64,000 bases of DNA from Spironucleus salmonicida (taxonomy: Eukaryota), in assembly GCF_000497125.1 (NCBI RefSeq), contig NC_090596.1:124001-188000 (forward strand), given 5' to 3'. The notes under the pieces are model-generated. The model was given only the letters and a program-made list of their open reading frames with translations. It did no database searches and was not told where the DNA came from. The position numbers were made by a program, and so were the translations under genes. This document shows, piece after piece, positions 1 through 12,900 of the stretch; positions within the stretch are counted from its first letter, which is position 1, and every line of letters begins with the position of its first letter.

Positions 1-2
1 AA

Positions 3-1415
3 TAATTTTTGTTTAAGTCTAGCGTATAAGAAGATTGCATTGAAACAATAGATTATCTCACTATTTATAACTATCTTTGGCGAATATTATAATTAATTAC
101 GCATATTACATACCATACAATCTATTTTGTGTTCATGTTATCTACCTAATAAAGCATTAAATCCTCATAAAAAGCTATATCAGAATATGTTATGCTTTAG
201 CTTATGTTATTTATCCATGACTAATGCAATTCCTTATTGTCTCCGTATCATTAATCTGTATTTGATATATCAATAATTTTTGTTTTCACTTCTCTTATAG
301 ATATTATTTTTTTAATATTAGGAAGTCAATTCAATTTTTATCTTTCTATAATGCCTTTAGTATCCAAATTACCTCATTTAATATATAATACTTACATAAC
401 TAAATAATTTTATAAATATGCTGAAAATAAAACTAAGCTACTAGAACGATCGAAAAGAAATGCACGTAAATTATAATCTTTTTCTTTACCTATTACTACT
501 AGCACACTTCTATCTCACTAGTAAGAGCTATTATAATTATAAGATGAATTATTTTAAGATTAATATATTAAAAAATATAATATCCTTACCGTATATTCAT
601 AGATTCTAGGTGAAAAATAACGATATATTTAGAAGAAACGGGAAACCCTCTTAAAACTTATTAATTAAGCATCACAAGATGACTATTAGTAAGATCTTAT
701 ATAATTGTAAATTACATAAATATATCTTGATTATTAAAAGTTGAGCTTCTAAGATATTTCATCTTAGCGTGTTGTTTTACATTTTAATAATTGTATTATA
801 TTGTCTTTACGATTAGAAAATATTGAATTGTTATAAGAATTTAGTGACTAAACAACATTTATTGATGAATTCTATGAAATAGTTAATGACTCAATACAAG
901 ATGTATCAACTGCACTTATTTTAAAAATTGAGGGATCAATTATATAAATTCTTTTATTTTAAGAATCGTAAGCAGACTTTGAATAATATAACTCATTATA
1001 AGTTGGTGTTGCTTTGGGCCTTGGTATATTGAAAAAATGTAGAGAATTTATTTCTGAATTTTGTGAAGATATCGTTAATCCACCAAATATTTATTCTACT
1101 GGTGGTATATCAATTGGTGAAGGTTATGGCATGGTATTAGGTGACAAAATATTTAGGTTTGACATGGTAGGAGAAGTTTAGGAATAAAGTTTATTAAATC
1201 TTTAAAATTCAATTTAAAATGCAATAACGATGGATAGACTTCTATGGAAGATATATCTAAAAGAAAATGACAGATTTCTCATTGAAATAAGAACTCTTAT
1301 TGAGTTATAAAATCTTAAATCTGGTAATAAGACAGAAAATGAAGTAAATTATAATGTTTGGTTGTAAACTAAAATAGATGTATTTGATTATATTTATGTT
1401 ACTGGGCTAAAGTGA
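3..1415 (+). CDS. 5'-truncated membrane protein with a degenerate class III adenylate/guanylate cyclase-like domain
   Basis: Open frame under table 6 from the window edge to AAG-TGA at 1413-1415. Hydrophobic stretches are followed by STGGISIGEGYGMVLGDKIFRFDMVGEV, which resembles the cyclase GIxxGxxxxGVVGxKxxRFDxxG motif. Confidence 0.6.
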
Positions 1416-1418
1416 AAT

Positions 1419-1919
1419 TCATTCAACCATACTTTCATATAAAATTTATGATTTTTTCTTTTATATATGGGGTTTTTAAATATCCTAAACCCATTTGACC
1501 AAAGGGTTAGAATAAAATCTATCAGAAGCATGCAACCTTGAAGCTATCTTATTAAATGTATTATTATTAACATAAATATTCCGTCTATCTGGTTTAAGGG
1601 CAATACTATTTGATCTATTAAAAATATAACCTGGTTTATTAACATCTAGTTATAAATGATAGTCAGATGGGCCTGGTGAGATTGAATTCTTAACATCAAT
1701 CTTAGATTTTATTTTAACTATTTTTTAAGGGTTGTTGATGTATCGAAATGCCTATGAGATATCAGATAACTAGTTGTTCGTTTTTTCTTATTTTTTACAT
1801 AAAGTTTGCTTATTAGGGTATAATGAATTATTCATAAGCTATTAATTTGAATTAAATAATACTTTAACTTCTTGTCTAGGCTACAATGCTTAAATAAATC
1901 GTTTTTATGATTCACTCAT
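1419..1919 (-). CDS. hypothetical protein (166 aa)
   Basis: ATG at 1919 (MSESQKRFIQALQPRQEV...) to TGA at 1419-1421 under table 6; fills the gap between its neighbours. Confidence 0.6.
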
Positions 1920-1986
1920 ATTATACCAAATCTAATTATAATTTAATAGATATATAATGAAATATGTCAATTTTGTTATGTATCAT

Positions 1987-4236
1987 TCAATCTCCTGTAT
2001 ATCCTATCATCATAACAGGTTTTGATATACTAATCTAAATTCCTTTTGATTATTAGTTTTATATCTACATGTGAGATCTTCTAAATGTACCGCTTCCTTA
2101 TATATTGCCAGTCTTAATTAATTTTTTAAGCCGTTCCTCAACGTTAACAATTTCTTGACTTTAAGCATCCATAAGGCCATCTATTCTTTAAATTTCTTTC
2201 ATAAATTTAGTATAAACTATTTCATTTTCAATTTGGAGGTTTTTAAGTAATTCAAATCTTAACTCTTAATATATTTTTGATTACTAAAAGTTTTTACTTA
2301 AAACATTTGATTTGTTTTAATCTATTTTTATAATATCATGCTTTATGTTAACATTACGTTCATTCTATTTGATTTCATGATCTGTAGAAAAAGATAATGA
2401 ATTATTTTATCCCATTTAAATTGTGCTACTATAAAATACATTGTTTTACATGTTATTTTCGCTAATTAATTTTGGAAAATTCTTTTCTTAATCTTCCCCT
2501 AAGTGCAGCTATTACTTAACTTCTTGTAATTCTCCTTAAAGCTCCATTTATTTTAAATCTAGTTATAAAAAATCTCCTAATCCACATTCATTAAGTTGTT
2601 TCAAAATTAATGCTTAAATTCGATACTCAACAAAAGTTTTAAGGTCAGTAATATCATTTAACTATTATTATTTTTATTACTCAAGACATTTCATAATATC
2701 CTGTATTTAACTATTGATATTCTTTTATAACGATTATTATGCAAATTAGAAGTTAGATCCTTAATCCGCTCTTGGTGTTCCAGGATTTAGTTACATTTAA
2801 TAAATTTCGCTTTTATTTCTAGGAATAATACTTCTTTTTGAAGATGGTTCAGAATCAGTGATATCTTATGTTACACTATTCTCGTAATCAATTTATAAAT
2901 CTGTACATTAGGATCCAAATTTTTATCTTAACTTTTCATATCTAGATTTAACTTTGGATTCAGTTTGCTAATTAATTTACTAAAGTTACTCTTTTTACTA
3001 ATTTAATATTTACAATGAATTTTCATCTGCAAACTCAGTAAAGCTAAGTATGTTAGAACTGGACCTTTATTTATTTTATGATAATAACTATACTTGCTAT
3101 TAATTATTAAAATCAATTTTCAGCATTTCGTCTACTAATTAATCGTTTAATAATTTGCTTTCTAAGATTTGATTCATTAATTACTCTTTATACTTTTCAT
3201 TCTCTTTATTATCTCCAGAATTAAACTTTTTTTGCTTTTAGTACACTTTTATTTGCTTGAGTATTTCTTATTCAATTAACGTACTTGACGTATTATTTTA
3301 AAGTTTTTAGCTTAATTTATTAATTATTAAATCAGAATCATCATTTACTATATGTTATTAGGTGTGATTATTCAAAAATACACCATTTTCTACTACGTCT
3401 ATAAGTTATTCTTAAACTTTATCTAAATCTGTAATAACCTTCTTAAAACCATTATCTAATTGCGATACCTCTTTTTGAATGTTATTGATTTATTTTAACC
3501 TTTCAGAATTCTCTGATTTACCGTGCTAAATTTGATTTTATAACTAAGTATATTCAATTTATATCTTCTATGAAATTTGCTTTTAATCACCAAATTAACC
3601 AACTAGTTATTAAACACCAATATCTTAAATTCTATTTTTTTCATTTAAACTAACTAATCGCTCCTCAGTTTGTCCTTCAAATCTACCTAGTTACTATTAT
3701 AATACTAACTAACTTTAGAAAAGTGAATCCTTTGTTTCTACTGTAAATTTTTTCATTTCCTTCATTTTCTCTTCTACATCCTTTTTGAATAAACTCATAC
3801 CTTATGCTTATTTTTATAGTTCAGTTTATACAGCTGCCTATCTTATTTCTATTAGCTTCATCATATCTGCTGTTCTAGTACTTAATATATCAAATAGATC
3901 ATTAGTAAGTTCTGTAAGTTTGTTCTCGATTCTTGCTTCTGATTTTGCCATTCGATCTTCCAAATGATTACAAATTGAGTATATATGCTAAATTTTGGAA
4001 GCGTTTGATTATGTAAGTTCATGAATTTATCCATGCTCAGTGATGATTTTAAGTAGTTAGTTTTAGACCATATCCCGGTCCGATATGAAAGAGTTGTTAA
4101 GTTCCGTTTAATGTTGTTTTATTTTTACACTATCTTTGATTATTCCATCTGACATATGTAATAGATATCTTATCGTATCTGTAACAATAGGAGTTATCAT
4201 GATCCATTATCTTTCGTCAAATTCCGGTTTTTGCAT
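1987..4236 (-). CDS. coiled-coil hypothetical protein (749 aa)
   Basis: MQKPEFDERQWIMITP... to TGA at 1987-1989; E/K/Q-rich heptad-like segments such as HLEDRMAKSEARIENKLTELTNDLFDIL. Confidence 0.75.
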
Positions 4237-4300
4237 TTTTACAAATATATCATATTAGAAATATTATATAATATGAAATATTTTAGCTTTATAAAGTTAT

Positions 4301-4627
4301 ATGAAAGATAAAAAATTGATTATCTCGAAGCCATTAAAACGAGAAGATATAATTAAGAGCCAAGTATAAGAAGAAAATAAACTTAATATAAGTGTATGTA
4401 CTGATTTTGATGATGTTGATTAAGATATTATAAACGGAGTAATTGAATAACTTAAAAAGAAGAAAAAATCAATCCAGCCTAAGGCAGAACTTAAAAGGAA
4501 GAAAGACCATAAAAGAAAATATACAGATGATGGCTTTCCAATATATACTTCTTCTGAATTGAAAATAGGATTACCTGGTTCCGGAAATACTCATGAATGT
4601 CCATTTGATTGTGATTGCTGTTTTTGA
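4301..4627 (+). CDS. DUF1764 family protein (108 aa)
   Basis: C-terminus KRKYTDDGFPIYTSSELKIGLPGSGNTHECPFDCDCCF* matches the DUF1764 signature RxTxDGxxIY...CPFDCxCCF. Confidence 0.85.
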
Positions 4628-4632
4628 TAGTT

Positions 4633-5304
4633 TCAACCTTATAATAATTCTTGTAAATATATGTCTTCAACTGACAATTATAGATTATTTTCTTTTAATA
4701 AGCATAAAAATTATTATATTGCAGAGGTAATATTTATCTACTATTAATCAATAAAAAATACGATATCATCATAGTTAATTACTTTTAGTCTCAGAAGTTA
4801 TGAATTAGATACACTCCCTAATATCAATAAATAATTTACTTCTGGACTATTTTCCTACGATATGCTCTTAATGAATATTGGTGGTAATTCGAACTATACT
4901 GAAATAGGAGGTAATGCAATTAGTTTTGACAATTGTAGAGCCAATTAATCTTTGTAGGCATACATATTGTTCCTAAATAGTAGCTTTAATTATGATTTTA
5001 AATCCATTTAAATATTTATAATAAATCTCGATTAAAAACGACTTTCACAAAACTATTAAACAGTTAAAACATCTTTAAATTATAAAAATTTAATAATTGG
5101 GACAAACATTATATCAATTTCTTAAATTTCTATGATAATTTATGATGTAAATAGCCAATTAGCTGAATCAAAATATGTCAGAAGCTTTTACGAAAAAATT
5201 ACAATTAATAAATGATACTATTTCTTCGATATTGATTGTTTTATTAAATTATCCACATAATCTTCATCAACACCTTTTAATATTATTTCATATATTTCTT
5301 ACAT
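4633..5304 (-). CDS. hypothetical protein (223 aa)
   Basis: MQEIYEIILKGVDEDYVDNL... to TGA at 4633-4635 under table 6. Confidence 0.6.
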
Positions 5305-5355
5305 AATTATTTTAAACTTATTATATATTATATATTCATTAATACTTCCGCATTA

Positions 5356-6171
5356 ATGTTTCAAATAAATTAAACCTAGCCTATTTAACCACCCCAGGGA
5401 TTTGTTCCTAGATTTTCAGTATAAAATCCTTATTCAGGAGGTGGGCCCAATCCCTACACAATGGATAATCTTACTAAAAAATTATTCTTTGCCAAGCTTA
5501 AAAAATCAAAACCAGCCCCAGAAAATAGAATTAACTTCATCAAAAGAAATAAAGAGCGAATTATGCAATTATAAACTCTGATTAAGTCATAAGATTTAAT
5601 ACGGGTAAAATCTAAAAAAATAGAAAGACTTAGTTCTCCTCCGTAACCTCTTTCTAGTATTTTTTAGGAATCTGATTAAGAAGAAGTTTAAGAATTAATA
5701 AAATTTGGATTAGGTGAATAAAAAAATGAGTAAGTTAACTCTATAGAATCTAGCTATTACTAAGAAAATGGATAAGTAGAAGTTAACTCAGAATTAGATA
5801 ATTTTTAATAAGAATTAATTAATGAGCTTAGAACTGAAAGATAAAAGACGGATGAAAAATTGCATTAAAATGAACAACTAAAAAATGAATATATAGATAA
5901 ACAAAAGATATTTACTATGGAATAAGCTGAAGCTTAATAATAAAATATATAGTCTAATGTTACACTATCTAATTAAAATAATCTTTTTAATATTTTAGAA
6001 TTTACAAATTCCATGGCAAAGACGAAATAAGTGTTAAACCAAGAATATGTTAATTTGGATTAAATTGAGGATATTCCTAAAAAAATATTATAAGCAGTAA
6101 AGGATAGGTAATTATAATTTAAGAAAGATTCGCCATTTCTATAACCATATTTATTTAGAGGAAGGTTTTGA
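5356..6171 (+). CDS. hypothetical protein with Pro-rich N-terminus and coiled coil (271 aa)
   Basis: C-rich motif CTTCCGC just upstream; MFQINQTQPIQPPQGFVPRF... to TGA at 6169-6171. Confidence 0.7.
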
Positions 6172-6928
6172 TTATTTTCATTATTACTTGATATAACATA
6201 TTAATAAAATCTATAATTATTAAAATTATTATCTATAAAACTAAAGTATATATAGTAATGTTACTAAATATAATATAGTGATACTCAGAATTTTAATTAC
6301 TATTAAAATTTACAGTGTTTAATTTAGTTAAGTTTCATTGTTAGGAAAATTAACAATATATTTTACTCTACAGAATAAAACTGGGGATTTTACTCTTCAA
6401 TTACACATAATTTTATTTTATATTCAGTTAATGCTTATATATTGATATACTGGTTGTAAATAACCTAAAGTTAATATAACAGTGTAAAAAGTTATGATAC
6501 TTACTTAATAACTTAGATAACAATGTGATTAGTTTATTTATGTTTTATTATTAATTTTATAAAAATAAATATTTCATACCAATCATATGGCCGAAAATAC
6601 TATTAATTATATAGCTCTATTATGTATTTATTACATTATACTATCTATACTGTTATTATCTTTAAAGTACAATAGTTATTAGATAGAGAGTTACATAATA
6701 TTTTGGTCAGTATAATATATTATTAACTTTATGTATACCTTATATTTATGTGAGTTTATTATTGTAAAGTAATTATTGAGTTAAAAAATAATAATATATC
6801 AAAAAGTAATCAGTTATCGTAGTAAGAATCTAAATTTAAAGATGTTCAAATTTATTAGAACCAAATTAAGATAAATACAATTATGATATTTATATATATT
6901 TATTTGAATGATTTTTTAAATAATTTAA

Positions 6929-9900
6929 ATGTCAAAATTACCATAAGTTTAATAACTAGATTAATCATTGGAAATTTAAATACCAATGAAAGAATTTATT
7001 CCGCCATAGTTAAAATTTTAACAAGTATAAGAATAAATAATTTTATCACCTAAAATAGTACAAAGTTTTGATCCTTTACCTAGAATGCGATTGCCTATTA
7101 ATTAACAATTTGTATTGCCTGATTTACCACCTATTATTTAATCATAGTTATAATTTGATCCATCATAAATAGCATAGGTTCCATAAATGTAACTATAGAT
7201 ACCAATTAATTAGTATTAGAATATTAACTTTGATAATCATCATGCAAATTAATAAAATTAGAATGACAAAGACTCTAACTAGCATAAAAATACTAGTCTG
7301 CCAGATCCCATTTATCCTTCTAAGAGAATTATTAATATTGTGAATTATGATCCAATGATATAAGTCGAATAGAAAGAATAGTAGATTTAGAGCGACTAAC
7401 AAACAGTTTTGCCGAAGTCTTAAAAAAAGATTTAGTTAAAGTCTGAAATTATTTAAAATATAGATTCTAACATAGAGGACGAAAATAGTCTTAATTATAT
7501 GATTATGGATGCATAGAAGTAAGATTTTGAGTAGTTAGGATATAAAGAAAATTTTATCGATTCCATTAATATTTATAAATAGCCTTTAATATCATAAAAT
7601 ATGGTTAGTGTACCCTAAATTAATAGTAACTCTTTAATTTTGCCAAACGAACGTAACGCTATTATTTAAAAAAAACCAGAAGAAAAAATAAATAATCCTA
7701 AAAGTTTCTCACCTAGTAGAAATATCTATTCAAAGAGAAATGATAAGTTATAACTTGATGATAATATTATAGTTGATGTATAAAAATCATCAAATGATAA
7801 TTCTATGTCGTAAAACTTATATAGAGAACTTCCTCTAAATATTATGCAACATGCTGCTTAGAGTTATGAACACGATAATAATATTTCTAATTATCAACAA
7901 TAAATCTAAAAGAATTAAGTAAATGATGCATAAATTTTAATAGTTAATTAAGAGATAAAAAGTTTAGGTAATTAATATGTTTAATAAAATTTAATTTAAT
8001 AGGCTAAGTAACAATATCCGTAAGAACAAATTAATGAAACTAGTACGAATAAATATTTTTTATAAAATGAGTAACTTAAATATTAAGAATAGGTCATCCA
8101 CCCCAAAAAATCAGTTGAAGTTTAATAAATTTTTAAATAATAATATCCTTGTGAATCTGATCATAATATTATCAATTAAAAATTTATGGAAAATATGCCA
8201 ATTATGTAATAATAAATTTAATTAAATGATTATAATCCATAATTTTCATCAACTTAATTAAGTATTAATTAGATACCTCATAATTTTTAATAAATAGGAG
8301 ATACATAAGTATAAAATTAGTTGTTATAATAGTAGCAGTAATCAGAATCATCAATAACTTAGTCTTTATAATATAGTGAATAATAATAAACTAAACAATA
8401 ATTAAGTTAACAATAGTAGTAAATATTGTAATAAAATTAGTAAAAGTAACAATATTATCATTAATAATCGTAGTAGTAACAACCTTCATAGTAATTATAG
8501 TAATAATTAATATAACAATAATAAATTGCCCAAGTATATAGAAATTAATAAGATTAGCAGAATCAATAATTTTCAAATAATTAGTAATAAGATGATGGTG
8601 TTATTATAGATGATAATTACTAGTTATTATACCCACTAAATCAATAGTAAGATATAAATTAATTGTAAGAAGCTTAATTTTTAAACTTGTAGGCAGTTAA
8701 TGTATATTAACTTAAGAATGATGAGAATATAATTAATACTGTTCTTAGTACGAAAAAACAGTATAAAGATGATAAAGTTTAAATAAGTTCACCATCCCTA
8801 ACTAATAAGCATGACTAATTATAATCATCAGTATAAAATTTAATTGCTGAATATATTTTTAAAGATTCTTCCAATTAATAAATTAATGACTTATCAATAA
8901 AATAAAATAAATAGTATTAAATAGAAGAGTAATATTCTGTAAGCAATGTTACAAAGGAAGTACGATAGAACTAGTAGGAAATTGATACTTTTAAAATGTA
9001 TCAAGGGCAACCTTACGCAAATCAAGATTCAAATTACTTGACTTAGTCTCCATCTTATAAGCATCTAGAAGCAGATGTCTAAAATTATAGTAAGTTAGAA
9101 AAGAAATTATTATCTATTGATGATAATACTACTTAAATGAATAATTTTAAATAGGATATTCAACATTAGTCTATCTAATTGTAACATTAAAATGCATAAA
9201 TAGTAAAAGATAATGAGTTAAAATGCTATAATTATATTAACTTGAATAAAATTATTTAATAATCAGATTGTATACATAATAATATAACGTCCACTATTTC
9301 TAGACAAGTAGATAAAGCAACAAAGTATGAAAATGGTATCCCTAATTTTTAAATCAGTAATTTAGTTTAAAGAGTTTAGAATAATTAAGATTAAAAATAA
9401 GAATATTAAAGCTTTGATATTGTTAATGCAGATATGAAGCTATAATATTAAAAAGATAGAGATGTAGAATAATCTAGTTATCTTTCAGCAAATTAAATAG
9501 ATATAGTAAAAAATACTAATTAGTATCAACCAAATGATACGATTTCTTTCAATTATGACGAGTTTATAATAATTAAGGATGGTAAAATAAATTCTGAGCA
9601 TAATAAAAATGATTAGCAGCTTCCAACATTTGATAAATAAAATTAAAATTAGAAATTAGAAAATTAACAGTAATTTATATCTACAGAGATTACCTAATAA
9701 TAAGAGCACTAAAGTTAATATTTAGATTAGTTATCCTCGTCTGATATTAATGTTAAGAACGATGATCCTAAGTAAAATCTTAAAAATGATAAATATTTTA
9801 TTTAAAAAGAAAATTATGAAATCTAGGATACAATAAGTAAGAAGAAGTCATTTGCTGTCCAGTATGGAGATAATTAAGCTTTGAAAATACATTGTGATTT

Positions 9901-12900
9901 TAATTAATAGTAAGATATAGTTCACAGTCCTACGATTAAAAAGAACTTAAAAGTCTAGTAGACTAATTCTTAGGTTAAAAATGTATAGTAATAGAAAAAT
10001 AAATCCAACGAAAATACAGAAGTTCTCGTTATCGCACCTATAAAATAAAAGAAAAAAAATAAACAGACTAGTTTTAACGAACCTGATTATTAATATCCAT
10101 CTATTGATAAAAAAGATAAGAAGTAATTTTATAGTTAAGAAGTTTAAGAATAGTAAGATTACTAAAATGTTCTTTCTGAAAAATACTAAATTATAAATTA
10201 AGTATCTTAGTTTGCTTATAAAAAATAAGAGCAAGTAGTTAGCAAAGATTTAAATTTCAATAATATTACTTTCGCCAAATAAAATAATAACATATTTACT
10301 GATGATTCTATTTAATTTAATGAGTTTTTAGCTAGTAAAAATTAATAATATGAAATTCCTTGTGAAGTTTCTAGTCCTAAACAACCCAAGTAAATTATAT
10401 AGAATGATTCATACTAAATAAAAAATGTTAGTTAAATATTTATCAAAGACGATAAGTAAGATTTAATTTCTAATGCAACCAAAACTGATGAGAATTAGAT
10501 TGCAGAATCTTATCTCAATAATAGCCTAGATTAGTTTTATTCCAAAAAAAATCTGTCTAATTTTATAGGACCTAATAATATTATAACGGAATAAATTAGT
10601 ACAAAAAATAATGAAATAGCAAAATAATTTAAATTAATTAGTGAAGACTCTGAATAAATGAATAAGCAATAAGTCTATAAAAAATCTTTGATACCGTTAG
10701 GAGAGTATAACGAAATTTAATGTAACAATGTTATTGTATAATAATATTAATAATAATAATAATAATAGTAGGAAGATCCTGTTACACTTTTTGCATCATA
10801 TTTATAATAATATGAAGATGAAGTAAAGATATAAGAAGACGCTACTATACTATAGTCATAGTGTTTACCAGAATAAATTTAAGAAAAAAATATTTTTTTA
10901 ACAAAAGAGTCGTCTAATCATGATTATAAGCTTTTGAATGTAGATTAAAAAGAATATACATAAGAATATTATCATAAAAATAGCATTTTTTATTCTAATT
11001 CAGAAAAAAATGATCAATAAAATATTTAAATCATGTATCCGGTTACTCATGACATCATAGATTAAAGTTCTGAAATAGTCAGCACAAATTTAGTAGAAAT
11101 GTAACAATAACATGCGTAAATGAATACTACTCTATTTGACAACAAAATAATTAAAACTTAATAAATTATTTAAGATGATATCATATATCCAGTTAAAAAC
11201 CTACGGATGAATAATTAAACCAAGGGTAAAATTGAGTCAGTTTTGAACTAAGACGCTTTGGGAGATTCAAGATAAATTTTAATAAATGAGATTGAATTGA
11301 AAAATACAGCAATAAATAAAGAAATATAGTCTAAAAGCAAAATTTAGAAGGGTAATCAAGTTTTTTTAATAGAGCCTATTTCAAAAAATGTATTACATTA
11401 AAATTCTTAGGGCAATGATAAAACTGGTTAGAAAAGTTAATAACACTATTAATAACCCAGCTCTAACAGTGAAGAATCTACTGATTTAATTGATGATGAA
11501 TAATAGCTGTTTTGTGTTACTGAAAGCACAACTAAAAATACATAACTTTAAGAAAATTTTAATTAATAAGTTGCAGGTAATATTAATTTAGAAAATTCAA
11601 TATCTGATATAGATGTACAAAATATAGTATCTGAAATAATTGAAGCTCCAAATTATAGCACATTGTCAAATAAATTCTATAATAATACAGAAAAAAAGAT
11701 AGAAATTGGTATATAAAATGCTAAGTAGGATAATAAATTATTAGTTAAAAACTCAGGAGATTTAAAATACAATAAGTTTACTTCGTAATAGTTAAATCCT
11801 GATACTAGAAATAATACAGTTTTTGAGGATGTTTAAGAATTATATACTTTCAATACAGAACTTAACTCCTAAGTATAATTTTAAGTAGAAATGACTGAAA
11901 AAACTAATTTCTGCGCTGATTAACATAATTAGAAAGAGTTTTTGGTAAATCATTCAAAGTTATAGACATTAAAATAATAAGGACGAGTTTTTTAATCTTC
12001 GGAGGTTAAGAAAGTAATCAAATCTTCAGATTAGGAAGAAAATTATACTGACTAAAATATTTTTAATGAAACTTAGGCACCTAAATCTAATTAGATCGGA
12101 ATCCAACACTCTTAAACCAAAAAAAATCTATTAAAATAACAATCGGAAAAGGACCATTTAGTATCTGCTGAAGCTACTAAAATACGGTCTTAGCACCCTA
12201 CACTTATTTTACCAATTAAAAATATTACTTATTAAGCATATACGTATCCTGATGTGCACTATCCAATTAATGAAATTAAAAATTCAGAACAAGAATTTAA
12301 TTTAGAAACATTAGCGTGTGAAAAGAAGAAAAATATAGATAATAATATAGATGTTAAGTAAAGTATTGCAGAAAAAATAATATAAAAATAACCATAAAAA
12401 TAAATGTTAAACGAGGTTTCAAAGTTTGTAAGGCACTTAAATCAAGATAATTAGGAGTAAGAATTTGATCATTTTGCATTCATTACTAAACAGCTTTAAA
12501 AAAAGTTAAATTCTGATGAAAATGATGAGCATATTATTATGAAAGAAAAATACTAAAAAAATTCTAATAGCAAAGAGGTTGAATCTGATTTTTCTATTTA
12601 AAATCAAGATATAGTTAAATAAAGTTCATATTTAGATGATTAACTTGCAGATGTAAATAATTTGCATCGTTAATAATCATTAAACAACGATTTTAATGTT
12701 TCAGTTTAATATTTAACTGGAAAAAACGAATAAAAAGATTATAGTGTGAATAATGTTATGATGTAATAGAAATAATTAGAGTCTATAAATGATTTTACGA
12801 TAAATACACCTATAATTACTTAAGCATAATAATAATAAGTGTAAATTGAATAAGTATTTACAGATAAATATGCTACTTAAAAATATGATGATGATTAAAG

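Noticed and set aside
6169-6753. Apparent TGA readthrough or selenocysteine extension of the 5356 ORF
   Set aside because: Long open frames after a stop are expected with a single stop codon; no redox motif or SECIS-like structure seen.
7395-7406. ACTAACAAACAG, resembling the fused branch point/3' splice site of diplomonad introns
   Set aside because: No GTATGT/GTAAGT donor nearby and the frame reads straight through; likely chance, though trans-splicing cannot be excluded without RNA data.
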